A stretch of 63,739 bases of DNA, counting the filler, from Globobulimina sp. (lineage: Eukaryota), in NCBI GenBank assembly GCA_003354225.1. It is 22 parts of 22 records of this genome, joined end to end, with 100 filler letters (N's around TTAATTAATTAA, not from the genome) between each part and the next. Parts side by side here need not be neighbours in the genome. Positions count along the whole stretch, not along the records: positions 1 to 2,803 come from PIVH01004819.1; positions 2,904 to 5,706 come from PIVH01004820.1; positions 5,807 to 8,609 come from PIVH01004821.1; positions 8,710 to 11,512 come from PIVH01004822.1; positions 11,613 to 14,415 come from PIVH01004823.1; 17 more parts are not named here. The stretch is one strand, 5' to 3'. Of the stretch, positions 1 to 12,862 are shown in pieces; the first letter of the stretch is position 1, and every line of letters begins with the position of its first letter. Made by a program: the position numbers and the translations under genes. The notes under the pieces were generated by a model. The model was not told the origin of the DNA. It ran no database searches and saw only the letters and a program-made list of their open reading frames with translations.

Positions 1-4
1 AAAA

Positions 5-2447
5 TTGCAAACAACATCGTATAAGGGTCTATCGACCCAATCAGCAATACAATATATTGTATATTTTTTGGACCTTATATTTCCTATTCTATATTTCCTA
101 TTTTTTTACGCTTATATATTTCCTATTTTGTTTGCAATTATCTTGCCACTCTCTATACTGCCTATATTATATTGTGTGAAAAAAATATATATTAACTCTA
201 TATTAAAAGAATACAAAATATGGAATAATAAGCAACAACAATCAGCATTATCACCTGATGATGGCTATACATATGGTGATGATCAAAAACACTGCGGGTT
301 TTATGATATAATACCAAATGGAAACGATGATAATACATATAATATCAGTAAAATGTTGGATGATTTTCATCATCTTTTAGGTTGTCACTCATTTGATGAG
401 ATTTATAATAATTTAACTATTAAATATAACGAAAATAACGAATTTAATGATAAAGAATACATTTATTTATTGCGGAATTATAGAGATCGCTCAGATGCCA
501 GTGATTATATTGATAATTATAACGAATTATATTTTTATTCAAATGATGACAGACAAATTCTTATTCAACAAATTATGGATTCAATTTATTCATATTATTT
601 ACATTCATACTTTTTAGGTATGAAATTGAATAAAAATGAACAAAACACATTTGACTCATTAAACGATCGTAATGTAATGAATGGAGATAATAAAAAAATA
701 GGATTTATGAAACAGATTGTTTTAAGGTAGTAGCATAATATTAATATAATTCAATGAGTATTCTGTTCAATGGATTTTAATTTGTTTCTGAATATCATAT
801 ATTAATATTATTCTTACTGCCTTTAATTTTAATAAGTAAATTAAAATCAGTCAACAATTCAGATGTAAAAGACACTAAATTCATCACAAAAACGAGTGAA
901 TGGCATATAAATGAAACAGCGCAATATTCCAGAGATTCCACATTGAAATCAAATCAATTATATTATTATTTTGGAAATCAAATCAAAGATTTTATGTGGC
1001 GAAGAAATTTGATTCATTAAAAAATGAATTAACTTTAAACAAAGTGTGTAATGTTAACCTTAAAGATTGGAATAATTTATATCAAAAAGCAGTGTTTTTT
1101 TCAAATAAATTATATACCAAACAATTATTACGTGCGTCAATTAAAAACAAACGGGACGAAGAAACATTTAATATTATAAATGGATCGTTAATCACTTTAA
1201 ATCATATAATAACAATGATGATATATTGTAATTTTATAAATTTACATTTTATATTGTTACAAACATATCGACCAAGCTCTAAGAATGAAAATAATAACAA
1301 TATGATTCAAAGACATTCGAATTATGCAAATTTAGGGAAATATTTATTTGAAACTGTTCATTTATTTGGAAACAAAACAGATGAAAAAGATGCGTCAAAC
1401 ACTGCATTATCAACCATATTATGTGTAAAATCTGCATTTTCATTGACATCGTCTGCACAAATTATTATTTCTGCAACAACAATGTTTTCGCATCGAGATA
1501 CAGCTGAAAACGGATTAATTTTACAGCTCAAACAAGACGAAAATTGTGCAGGATCGACCCCATATTTTGATTGTAGATTGTTATCAGATTTCCAAATGGA
1601 ATGTGAATATGTTATGATTGGTAATGATAATTATTTTACCTTACGATTGGCGAATATTGTTGATATAAAAAATTGTCATGATTATAGTCATTGGATTTTG
1701 TTGTATAACATTATAAAGTGTATGGTGAATAATAAGGCAATGGACACCTCATATTTTGGTAAAATAACCAAACAAAATGTTATTAAATTGCTTGGGAATA
1801 AATTAAATAAAAGTTTATTGCTTCAAAAAGAAGAAAAAACAACAATTGCTTCAAAAAGAATGGCAGTAAATCCTTATTTAGATCTGGAACTAATGAAAGA
1901 CATTGAAGCTTTCAGTCCAGATAAAAATAAACAGTTTGAGGAAAAATATAAGAAACGTAATCAAAATAAAAAAAATGAAATTGGTAAATTTGATTGCTTT
2001 GAAGAAGGCGTAGTACCAAATTATATGAATAAAATGTTTGATGCTTTTTGTATGAATGCAAGGGATATTAAAATAAATTGGAGACATTTAAATGATTCCT
2101 ATGTTTATTTATTTTTAAATATTTTGTTAACTTTTAAAGATATGGATATGATTCGATTGGATAGATTTATGAAAATATTTCCAAATTGTCAAGAAATATT
2201 TATTTTTGGTGCAAATGAATTCATATTAAATAAGAAATTAATTCAGTACGTTTATACATTTATAGTTGAAAACAGAAATAAAATGAAATTAAACAAAATA
2301 AGTATAACACATATTGGTCATAAACAGGGATCATTCGCAATTGTTGATGCAGCTAAAAAATATAAACAAAAATTTAATCAAATTACTTGCAAATTACTTG
2401 ATGAAAATCCAAAGCAACAAAATGAATGTTTGGTGTTTGAATGGTAA
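5..2447 (+). CDS. Lineage-expanded hypothetical protein with a degenerate ADP-ribosyltransferase-like C-terminal region (spliced; possible frameshift near 965-975)
   Basis: ORF 5-730 ends at an AG|GTAG donor (727) and ORF 996-2447 continues the gene. There is an N-terminal hydrophobic stretch. The motif LTSS...GLILQL...YFDC...SDFQMECE resembles the S-T-S / E-x-E ART signature. Confidence 0.5.
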
Positions 2448-2903
2448 ATTTGTAATTGACATAATTATTATTGTTTTTGTGTTTTAGTTAGGAATAAAAG
2501 TTTTTGAGGTTTGAAAAGGATTATTTGGGAATTATTTTTTTGACCGAAATACGATGACTATCTCACTTCGTAAAAACTTTAATATCAGGGTTATCACCTC
2601 AATGAACTCATAAACTGCAACAGACGAAAGTTTAGAATATGTTGATCGCAAAGTGAAAGCAAAAATGTTGTGACGCAATCTGTTGTGACGCAGTCACCGT
2701 TTTCCATTCCGAGAAATCAAAAATAAAAAAATTCAACAATCTGAGTCGTTCGCAATCTGTTTTTTGGTTTGCGTATACAAATAAATCGAATGACCGGTAG
2801 GAANNNNNNNNNNNNNNNNNNNNNNNNNNNNNNNNNNNNNNNNNNNNTTAATTAATTAANNNNNNNNNNNNNNNNNNNNNNNNNNNNNNNNNNNNNNNNN
2901 NNN

Positions 2904-3469
2904 AAAAAACATCAGGAGAATATAAGGCTTCGATCAGATTGGAGGCAGGCAAAACCTACCGTTTTACGGCCACTGCTTTTCAGGGAGAAAAAAAAGTTGG
3001 CGTGGGAAACACGGAAAAGGAGATCATCAACAATCTGTCCATTACAATAAACATCATTAAATTATCGGAAGGAGATGGAATTACGCCAGATCCTTTGATC
3101 CAATCTTTGATAGTCAGTCATAATTCCATCGCAGTAAATGAAGCTACATCTTTGGAAGCCGTAACAATCTTTGACATTGAAAAATTGGCGGTTAAATGGA
3201 GCTACAAAAAGCTTAATGTGAGCCTTGTGGAGCAGGTTGGTACTTCTAGTGATTCCTGTACGATCAAAGATGGTGAAAAAAAGAATATGGTAGAGATGAC
3301 CTGTCATGAAGTTGGTACCTTCGAGGTGATGGTAACTTTTACCGACGAAAATAACCAATCTGAAAGCTTGTCCACAAATATCACAGTTATTTTACCTGGG
3401 TCAGAGGATGCCAACGTAAACCTTAAAACAAAGTGGGTAACTTATCAGATAAAGTCTCTCAAATTATAA
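2904..3469 (+). CDS. Bacterial-like Ig/PKD-type beta-sandwich protein fragment (probably chimeric with the downstream eukaryotic DNA)
   Basis: Frame is open from the contig start with no introns. Sequence is beta-rich (YRFTATAF...P-x-IQSL...VKWS...GTFEVMVTFTD...NITV), typical of bacterial surface proteins. It ends where a eukaryotic exon in another frame begins. Confidence 0.45.
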
Positions 3470-4998
3470 CACCCCATTCATTGAAATCGCGATCAAATAT
3501 TCAAACTGCAACACCCTCAAATCCTTCATCACGAACTGTGAACCAACAGACATTAATTACGCCACCGCGGGATTTAAGAAATGCACTAAATGTATCCCAA
3601 CGGCCACGCACTCCATACACCGGATATCCATCGCCAAATAACACCCAAGTTTTGTATTGTATTTGTATGATTTGCACTGTGTTTCCTGTTGTATTTATTG
3701 CCAATTTGTTGCATAGGAAACATTAGCTACGGGTCGAAGATTAGGGCCGTTTCAAGACATCCCCGCCATGTTCAGTTTCGATGGTTATTCCATGCCCAGA
3801 ATACCCAAAGTGAACGTGCCGTCATTTGAGATTCCCGGATTTAGCAAGAAATATACAAAATATATGTACTCGGATAATAAATATTTAGTATTGTTATGTG
3901 CTGCGGTTCTGATGATCTTAATGGCGATGTGTATCCCATATATAATCTCCTTATTTGTGCAGACACCGTATTGTGACAATAATAGCGATGCTATCATTGG
4001 TTCCTACGCCGTATTCAATGACATTGTGCCGTTAGAGTCCATTATGAAATGCCAATCCTGTCCATACAACGCGCAATGTTCCAATGGTACGGCTGAGTGC
4101 GCTTTGAATTATGAATTGGATGAATATCATACGATGTGTTTAGATAATAATGATAAGGATGCTGTGTTTGCCTCTCACATTGCCAATAAAGTTAAGCATT
4201 TTATGCCTTTTGTTTCTAATTTGCGGTTCTTGCTAAAATGTCAACACTTTGAAGGCATATTATATCTTAGGGAGGAAATTGGGAGATTGGGAGTGTAATG
4301 GCCGAAATGATTCGTTTATGTACGAATTGGATGAAACGTCATTGAAAGCAGAGATTAAAACTCATTTTGCAGATAAAGATGGCAGTGCCACTGTCGAATT
4401 TTTATCTGAAAATGCAGCAGAAACGGAAACTGATGGAAGTGAGCCAGTTAAGGCGGTGGAAGCTGATAACATTACCAATCAATCGCAGTTTGACGATGAA
4501 TGGCAGTATGCCACGACCAAAATAATGCCATTTGCGTATCAGAACAGATTCATTGTGCATGAGGACGGAGTGTATAAATCGTTGCGGCCGATACCGTCCT
4601 CCATTTATTGTAAAGCGGTGTATTTAAAACGAGAATATATGGACGAGATTGGGATGAATTTTAGCGTGGTTTGGGCGTTTACAATGATTGGCATGGCGGT
4701 GTTGTTGGTGCTGATTGGATTTCGGAGTAAAGCGACCAAAGTGGATGAAACAGCCGTTGTTGCGGCGAATTTCGTATTGCAGAAATTGTCGCAGCAACGA
4801 GAATTACATTTTAGTATTACTCAATTTAAGCATTTTACGATGCAAAGGAAGGGGATTTCCGCAAAAACATGGGCCACGGCACTTAAATATATTAATGAAT
4901 CTGGTTTTGTAGCCACTATACCGGAGGATATCGATGGGGAAGTTCGAATGTGTTGGATTTGGAAAGCACCGGTTCCTTTTGTTGCATTGGTGAATTAA
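3470..4998 (+). CDS. MAN1/Src1(Heh1)-type inner nuclear membrane protein, 5'-partial; introns 3649-3716 and 4191-4254
   Basis: Two TM helices flank a luminal Cys pattern (YCD...CQSCPYNAQC.NG..EC...Y...C.D...DWEC). The C-terminal IDGEVRMCWIW resembles the MSC domain end. Both GT-AG introns restore the frame. Confidence 0.7.
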
Positions 4999-5266
4999 AG
5001 CCATAAGGAAATAAATTTGAATGACTATAAATTTTAAATAACTGTTTGTTACTGTTTTTTTTTTTATTTTTTTTTCCTGGAAAGAGGTAATATTAAATAT
5101 TTTCAATTTATTAATGTTTTAGATTATGCAGTTTCTGAATATCATATTTATTTTGCATTTTAGCTAAAACAGTTTTCGTTTCTTTTTATCAACAAACCCA
5201 CAAACACCTTCTCTTACTTTCTTATCAGACTCCTTTATTCACGTTATTCCCAACAACAACACCTAA

Positions 5267-5706
<440 letters not shown>

Positions 5707-5806
5707 NNNNNNNNNNNNNNNNNNNNNNNNNNNNNNNNNNNNNNNNNNNNTTAATTAATTAANNNNNNNNNNNNNNNNNNNNNNNNNNNNNNNNNNNNNN
5801 NNNNNN

Positions 5807-7286
5807 TTCAACCCGCACTTTGTGGACAAAAACCGGTGGCGAATTTATTCCTTCTTCGGCCTTAATCCATCATAAGTTATATAGCATCGACGTAGATAAA
5901 CATTGCGGTGTCTTACGTGGCTCTGTCCGCCAGGATTGGAATACCATCGAATGCGACGATGACGAGTATAAAAATTGGGAAGAGCTGAAACCACATTGGA
6001 GAGAATTATTTTTTGATCTCATGTTTGTAGCTGCCATTGTTCATATTTCCAGTGAGGTTGCCGCAGCTTATGACGATGGAGAATATATGTTCATTGTCAC
6101 TGTTTTCCCGCAGTTTGGCTTATTGATATTGTGCTGGTTGGAACAGGTGTTATATCACTCGCGTTTTAGGATGACTCAGACTGGCGACGCTTTCGTAGTA
6201 TTTATCTATATGTCTTTGGTGTTGATGATGGGGTTAAGTATCGGCAACTCATTAAGTTATCAAACATCGCAGAAACTGTTTCTCGTTTCCTATCTGTTTA
6301 CAAAGTTGATTATGTGTGTTATGTTTAGCAAATCGATGTTTATTCCACGGGCAAAAGCTCACTCTCTTTATATGATGATGCAGAATGTAGTGAGTATGAC
6401 AGCTGTGATATTTATTGAAATATTTGTCAATATTCCAGAGAATGAGTATGCAGAGAAACAATGGATTTGGGCTGTAATATATAGCGTTTTGTTCGTGTAT
6501 TCGTGGTTTCATGTTTGCGTCTTATTATATTCGCAATGTATACGCGATGCGGGTATTAATATACCGATAAATGTGCCACATATGGCAGAGAGAATGGGTG
6601 CCTTTGTCTTGATCATTTTGGGGGAAACCATTATTTCCATAATGGTGCAACACGTTGAATCTACCAAAGATGGCATAATTACGGCTTACAGTGTGACAAT
6701 GTCGTTGTTTGTCATTGTTTATTGTATCGGGAAACTATATTTTGAGTCTCAGCCAAGCGAACACGAAATACATCACCATAAGAAAGCGCATGCAATGTCG
6801 ACGTCTGTTTGGAGAGCGAGAATTTATAAATGGTTCCATATTTTGTTATTTTTTGGTTTGTTGGGGTTAGGTTTGGGCTCAAAAATAACTGTTCATCAAT
6901 TACATCATTACGAAGGGGATAAAGCAATTTATGTCTTTTTACCAGGGATATCATGTATCATTGTATGTTTTTGTATAAATATCATTCGATTGACGCATCC
7001 GTTTGATTATAGGAAGAAACATCGATGTTTTGTGATTGGTGTATGGCTCACCAGAATGGTATGCATTGTGGTGATGTTTGGAATATTGTTTAGTTGGAAG
7101 AGTGTGAATCATGCTGTTATCTTAGCGGTATATGTGGCAAGCTTTATTGTTCAAATATTTGTTGATTTTGAAGCGAAACACAGATTGATTCTGACAAAAG
7201 AAGCAGATAAAGATAAATCATTACATTATCATAACGCTACAAAGCCAGAGTGTAATCGTGTATTGTCTTTTATTGGCACCTTTTAA
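5807..7286 (+). CDS. Low temperature requirement protein A (LtrA) family multi-pass membrane protein, 5'-partial
   Basis: Family motifs W-x-ELFFDLMFVAA and HMAERMGAFVLIILGETI, with many hydrophobic helices. Confidence 0.85.
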
Positions 7287-7672
7287 TTTTGAATTTGATT
7301 TATTAGCTTGTACTGTATATAAAATATTAAATCCTTATCCGATTTGCTTTGATTTTTTGCACCATATGTACTGTAGGACCTGTTTGAAACACTTTGCTTT
7401 TGGAATTCTATATATTATCCTTGCACTGCATGTTTTTGCTTTTAGTTTATTTTCTAACTCAACTATAACTTTTTCCCTTTCGAACAAACAATGGAACATT
7501 TTGACAAAGCAACGTTGGATCGATTTGTAGAATCAAGTTTCGTCAAAACTAGTTTTATCCAAAATCCAAACTGAAAACAAACCAAAGAAATTGAAAATAA
7601 TTCAGTGTACAATCACATTTTATTAATGTCAATCAGTGTACACACGAAACAAAAACACATTAAAAATAAATA

Positions 7673-8609
7673 GTGACACCAGTAGCTCAACCAAATGGAG
7701 ACACTGAAAATAAAGTATTTTTTAGCGGATTTGATGATGATAACAAACAAAACATCACTGCACCAATCGAATCATTCACATCCGTACGTGACTCACTATT
7801 ATCATCCATAGCACCAAACGTACCCAAAAAAGTGTCACTTGCCAGTTCAAACGATGCCGATATCGATTACGACTCTGCAACGCCCCAACCAGCCAATCCC
7901 ATACCTAAAAATATAGGCAAATCCTCAAATATAAATCCTCCATTAAGTAATGGCAACATATTCAGTGAAGACAGTGAAGCCGTACCGGACGATCCAAGCG
8001 AACTCGCAGCGATCCGACAAACATTACAAGATTTAGTAATTTGTGAGGCCGAATCGCGTGGTTTGAGGATCCAAATTCCACCAACAAATCAACAACCAAA
8101 ATATGGCGATGATCCAAAAGAAAACCATTTAATCACATTAATGAATCAACAGTCATTGCACGGTATAATCCAATCTGTGTCGAACAGTCCACAGCAACCA
8201 ACATCATACAACAGTGGTCATAGTCGACCATCAGTGTCGTATGAGTCTATTAACAATGTCAATGGCATACATCCCGCTGTGCAGAAACTGTATCAACAAC
8301 AACAGACATTATTGCAGAAACTGCAGTTGTTAGAGAAAGATGACCCCGATCCCCAATCAGCAAAAGTTGTGTATACATACAAGTAATTATGTACATTTTG
8401 ACTGATTTCGTTAAAGTTGTTTGCTATAAATAAATATACAAATATGTAATGACTCAGTTATGGGGTATAATGCAACGGATATTTACGGAGGAAAATGCAG
8501 AAGAACGGCGGAGAAACATTGAAGATTTAACTAATACGTTGGACAAAAAACATCAGGAAATGTATGAGAATGAGAATGATGGACAGAATGTGTCTGTCGG
8601 TGAGGAGGG
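7673..8609 (+). CDS. Hypothetical low-complexity/coiled-coil protein, partial, spliced
   Basis: ORFs 7673-8386 and 8449-8609 can be joined by a GT-AG intron (about 8366-8457). Q/N/P-rich with no recognisable domain. Confidence 0.5.
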
Positions 8610-8709
8610 NNNNNNNNNNNNNNNNNNNNNNNNNNNNNNNNNNNNNNNNNNNNTTAATTAATTAANNNNNNNNNNNNNNNNNNNNNNNNNNNNNNNNNNN
8701 NNNNNNNNN

Positions 8710-11291
8710 TGGCAGCAACAGGAAATCATTTACATTGCGTTCATCTGTTTCCCATTGCAAAGAAACACAACTGGCTAAACAAAGAAACACTGCTCAAGCC
8801 ACAGCAACGCGAAGCATCCATACAACCGCCAATACGCCCAACGGAAAGCGCATCTCACTCCGAAATAAATTAGCGGATTTTGTAGATTTTCTGAAAGATG
8901 AATATCGTCGACTTACGCAGCCAGAAAATTATGATCCTTATGTCCAGGTTATGTTAAAACCAACTGTTGCTGGCATGGAACAAGCCTTTAAGACCTCTGT
9001 TATTTATGGTGGCGGCTCAAATGTGGCATGGAATGAAATTGCAGATGACAACCAATACACGTTTTTGTTACGCAATGACGCAGAAGCTTTAAACTCAAAA
9101 TATCTCAAAATTGAAGTATTTGATTATGAGAGTGGCTCAGCGGACAAATCTCTGGGTGTGGCGAGCATAGTTACCAATGGCTTACAACTAGGCATCCAAC
9201 ACTATGCAGTGCTGGATTTGTATGAAAATAGTATCGATACTGCTTATGCCTGGGCTGGAACTGTAGAAATCAGCGCAACGTTTAAGAAATTAACATTGTT
9301 TGAAGTGGAGGAGATCACTGCTAAAATAAATGAAGACATTGTAGGGAAATATGATGTAAATGTAACTCACGGCCATAATCACACGATGCAGAAGAGACGT
9401 ACGCGGAGCCGGGGTATGACTGATCAGTTAATTTTAGGTAGACATGGTACGCGCGGCAAATTGAATGAAGAGTTGCAGCAAAAAGAACAAAAACAGCACG
9501 ATGCGGAGGCTGAACATGTAGATTCTGTACGTGGCAGAGTTATAGATTTGGTTTTGTTTTTATCATTGGTGTTAAGTGGGACATTGTTTTTTGGTGCAAT
9601 GGATTTGCATGAAGTTGATTTGCAGACAATATTTTATCGCCAACATTATGGCACAACGTTTTCTGTGATTGATTCGTTGCATTGGTCGTTAGTCACAGCT
9701 TCGACCATTGGTTATGGCGACTTTTACCCACAGACTACCGGCGGGAAGATATTTGCTTCGTGTTTTATTGTGTTTGGCGTCTCGCTGTTGGGCCGATTGT
9801 TGAATTTTATTCTAGAATATGAAAACAATAAATTTGAACAGGAAAGCAAACGAAGAGCAACATTCAGAAAGTCAATGACATGGTACAGTAATATTTCTGT
9901 ATGCATTTGTTTCAAACAACATTTTATTGATTGTGTCCAAATTAAAAAGGGGTCAGATGGTTGAATGGGATCTGGATAATGATGGAAGCATTTCAGATTA
10001 TGAATTTTTGCGAGGAATGTTGCTACGAAGAGAGGATACAACGGAGGAATTTATAAATGAAATAATGAAAATATTTGATGAATATGATATTGATGGAAGT
10101 GGAGAAATTGAGATTGACGAATTAAAAGAAATTATGGCTCAGAAAGCACAGAAAATGCAGCAGCAAATTAAAGATGAAAAAACAAACAAAGACAAAGACA
10201 AAAATAATAAATACTGCAATTTTTGGTGTACATGTTTCAAAGCAAAAATGCAACCGGACAATGAAGAAACAGTTGAAGTTGAACTCGCAAAAGTGACTGG
10301 AAATGATGATAATATCTGCACTGATCACCATAAAATGGAGAACAATGAAGCTGGATTTTATACAGTGGATGAATTCGCAGACAATGAGCCATTTGAATAT
10401 GGACTGCTGCTGGAAATCCACGCTGTTGATAATTTAAAACAAGAACATGAAGAGTTTGAAGACAGTTTAAAATCATTTCTAAAAAGCATATTCGGCTTTG
10501 TTGCATATTTAATCTTCGCAGCAATGATATTTTCGTTGGTAGAGGATGCTGATTTTGGTGATATGTTATGGTTTTGTGTGGTGACAGCCTGTACGGTGGG
10601 TTATGGCGACCAACATCCTGCGTCTGCCCTTGGCAGAGTTTTAAATGCATTCTTTATCGGAAGCAGTGTGGTTTTGTTTGTAGGTTTTTTCGGGACTGCA
10701 TTTGATTTCATTTACAAACGTCAGGAATTGTTAATGAATAAGAAACAAAAAATAAAAAATGATGTCAATAAAATGATTGATAACTTTCATTTTGAAACAT
10801 TGAAAAGTGTGTTGCAAAAAGAGCATAAAAATGTGGAGGAGAGAAAAGATAATAAAACAAAAAAAGCAAATAAGAGCAGGTTGCAAGTGATATTGGATGA
10901 TGTTGGAGAAAAAGAAGATAATCACCAGATACTTTGGGATGTATTGAATTCTCCGTCGCCGAAAGAAAAGGTTGATTTGGGTAAGTTGAATACAATGAAA
11001 TCGAGTAGAAATTTGAATTTGTCCATTGGGGAAAATGAATTCGAAGTAGATGAGGATCACAATGAATATATGCCATCTGTGGAGACTGGTAATGATGAAA
11101 AGAAAGTATATATAAATGATAAATTGGATAATAAACAGAAAGCGAGTTTTTCTGATGATAATGTTGATGGCAATGAGGCAACAAATTTACTGGTAACAAC
11201 AATGGAGAGCATAATATCGGACAATGCTAAAACACAGAAAGGATATAAACCGGTCCAAACAAATGATAATGCGAATGAGTATATGGATTGA
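8710..11291 (+). CDS. Two-pore-domain K+ channel with N-terminal C2 domain and EF-hand pair; intron 9883-9949; probably 5'-partial
   Basis: Pore motifs TIGYGDFYP and TVGYGDQHP, each flanked by TM helices. C2 motifs DPYVQV...WNE...LKIEVFDYE...DKSLG. EF loops DLDNDGSISDYE and DIDGSGEIEIDE. Confidence 0.9.
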
Positions 11292-11612
11292 ATACAGGCA
11301 TTGCTTAATATTACTTTTGTACCATATCTAAGAGAAAATTTGTGTATACCATATAATTACTTTGTAATATATACTGCAACGCCTTAACCAATAACACAAA
11401 AACACATCAAAAAACAATTAGAGTACGTTCAAATATTTTATACAAAAAAACAAAGCGATATTGATTCACGAAAGCTGTGCAAATAATATGCAAAACTGCA
11501 TGAATAGTGAAGNNNNNNNNNNNNNNNNNNNNNNNNNNNNNNNNNNNNNNNNNNNNTTAATTAATTAANNNNNNNNNNNNNNNNNNNNNNNNNNNNNNNN
11601 NNNNNNNNNNNN

Positions 11613-12246
11613 CAATATCTTTCATTTCAGTATTTTCTAAATCATCTTCGAAGTCATCATCTAAGCTATCTGCAGCTGGCCATGGATTATAACTTCTGCG
11701 CATTCCTTTTCTTTTAGTTTTTCTGGGATATGGATAAATTTGTTTGATGACAAAAAACCTCATCCATAATCTCGTAAAAACGGGATAAGAGCTCTGAACA
11801 ATTCCATTCCGACGCATATCATATAAGATTTGTTTGCATGCTTTGTATTCATTGTTATATGGATCTATTAATTCATCGATTATTTTTTCATCAAATAATT
11901 TTACAATTTCAAGAAAGTTCATGTCTTTATCAATTGGCATAATATGCCCATTTTCTGTATCATCATGATCATCAATGTTGGATCTGATTAAAACAAAGAA
12001 ACAATTCAAATATTTTATGATCATTTCAACAATAACTTCTGGTGCGGAATCTCGATCAGAATTCAGATTAATATAATCATTAATTACTTTGTGAGATGTT
12101 GATGTTCCAATTCCATTGACTGCAAGATTTAGTGAAGACATTATCTTCTGATTCAGAGTAAAAACCCTGGTTTCAATAATGGTGTTTTTGACGGATTTAT
12201 AGTGGGGGGATATCGACGGATTTTTAGTAGGTGAAGTTGTATACAT
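11613..12246 (-). CDS. Hypothetical protein, 3'-partial
   Basis: ORF of more than 200 codons running off the contig; no recognised domain. Confidence 0.45.
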
Positions 12247-12363
12247 TGTAAACTGAAAACCAATAAGTTTGCCATGGTTTTTGTTGAAAAATAATTAGAA
12301 ATCTTAACTCTAAGCTAAAAACTTTGAATCGTCCGCTAAGATCATACCTGTTCCGTCTTCAAA

Positions 12364-12762
12364 ATGAAATCATACGCCTTATTATTTTCGTTGTTCATCA
12401 TTGCTTGCAAGTCTGCCATTGGATACAAAGCAGAATTGGTCACATGTAGCGGATGAAAGTTAAATCAAAAACAAGAGGTTAAGCGGTTTGTGATGGAACA
12501 ATGTGGCGCAAATAAAAAAGAAGATCAGTCCTGTGATATCTATCCAGATCTGTTCATCAAATTTATTAACCACAGGTCGCCTGTTATTACTTTTGAAGAT
12601 GAACCAAATCATCCTTTCGATATCACAAACTTTCAGAACCATGAAATCCATCAATTATTACGGGGCAAAGGATTTGAGCGTGCTAGTGTTCGCAACCAAG
12701 GTTTCGAGATGAAATCAGCGCCGACATTGCTTCCTCTCAAACAAAGAAAAGCTGAATTATAG
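12364..12762 (+). CDS. SELENOM: Selenoprotein M-like (SelM/Sep15 family) ER oxidoreductase; UGA at 12454-12456 read as Sec
   Basis: ATG 12364 gives a signal peptide (MKSYALLFSLFIIACKSAIG), then YKAELVTCSG-TGA-KLNQKQEVKRFV, matching SelM CxxU-x-LN...EVKxFV. The frame continues to a C-terminal KAEL, resembling an ER-retention signal. 132 aa in total. Confidence 0.88.
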
Positions 12763-12862
12763 CTATATATTGATACATTGACATATTGATTTCTTAATTC
12801 TTAACATATATTAACCCTTCCTTTCTTTCACTTGTTTTTGTGTGTGTTTTAAATGTAATTTC

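Noticed and set aside
2666-2762. Direct repeat TGTTGTGACGCA x2 plus a partial CGCAATCTGTT copy
   Set aside because: Too short and isolated to call an element; at most a regulatory duplication.
12460-12762. ORF-track calls 12460-12654 (-), 12490-12762 (+) and 12503-12712 (+) as separate small genes
   Set aside because: 12490-12762 is the part of the selenoprotein after the UGA; the others are off-frame shadows.
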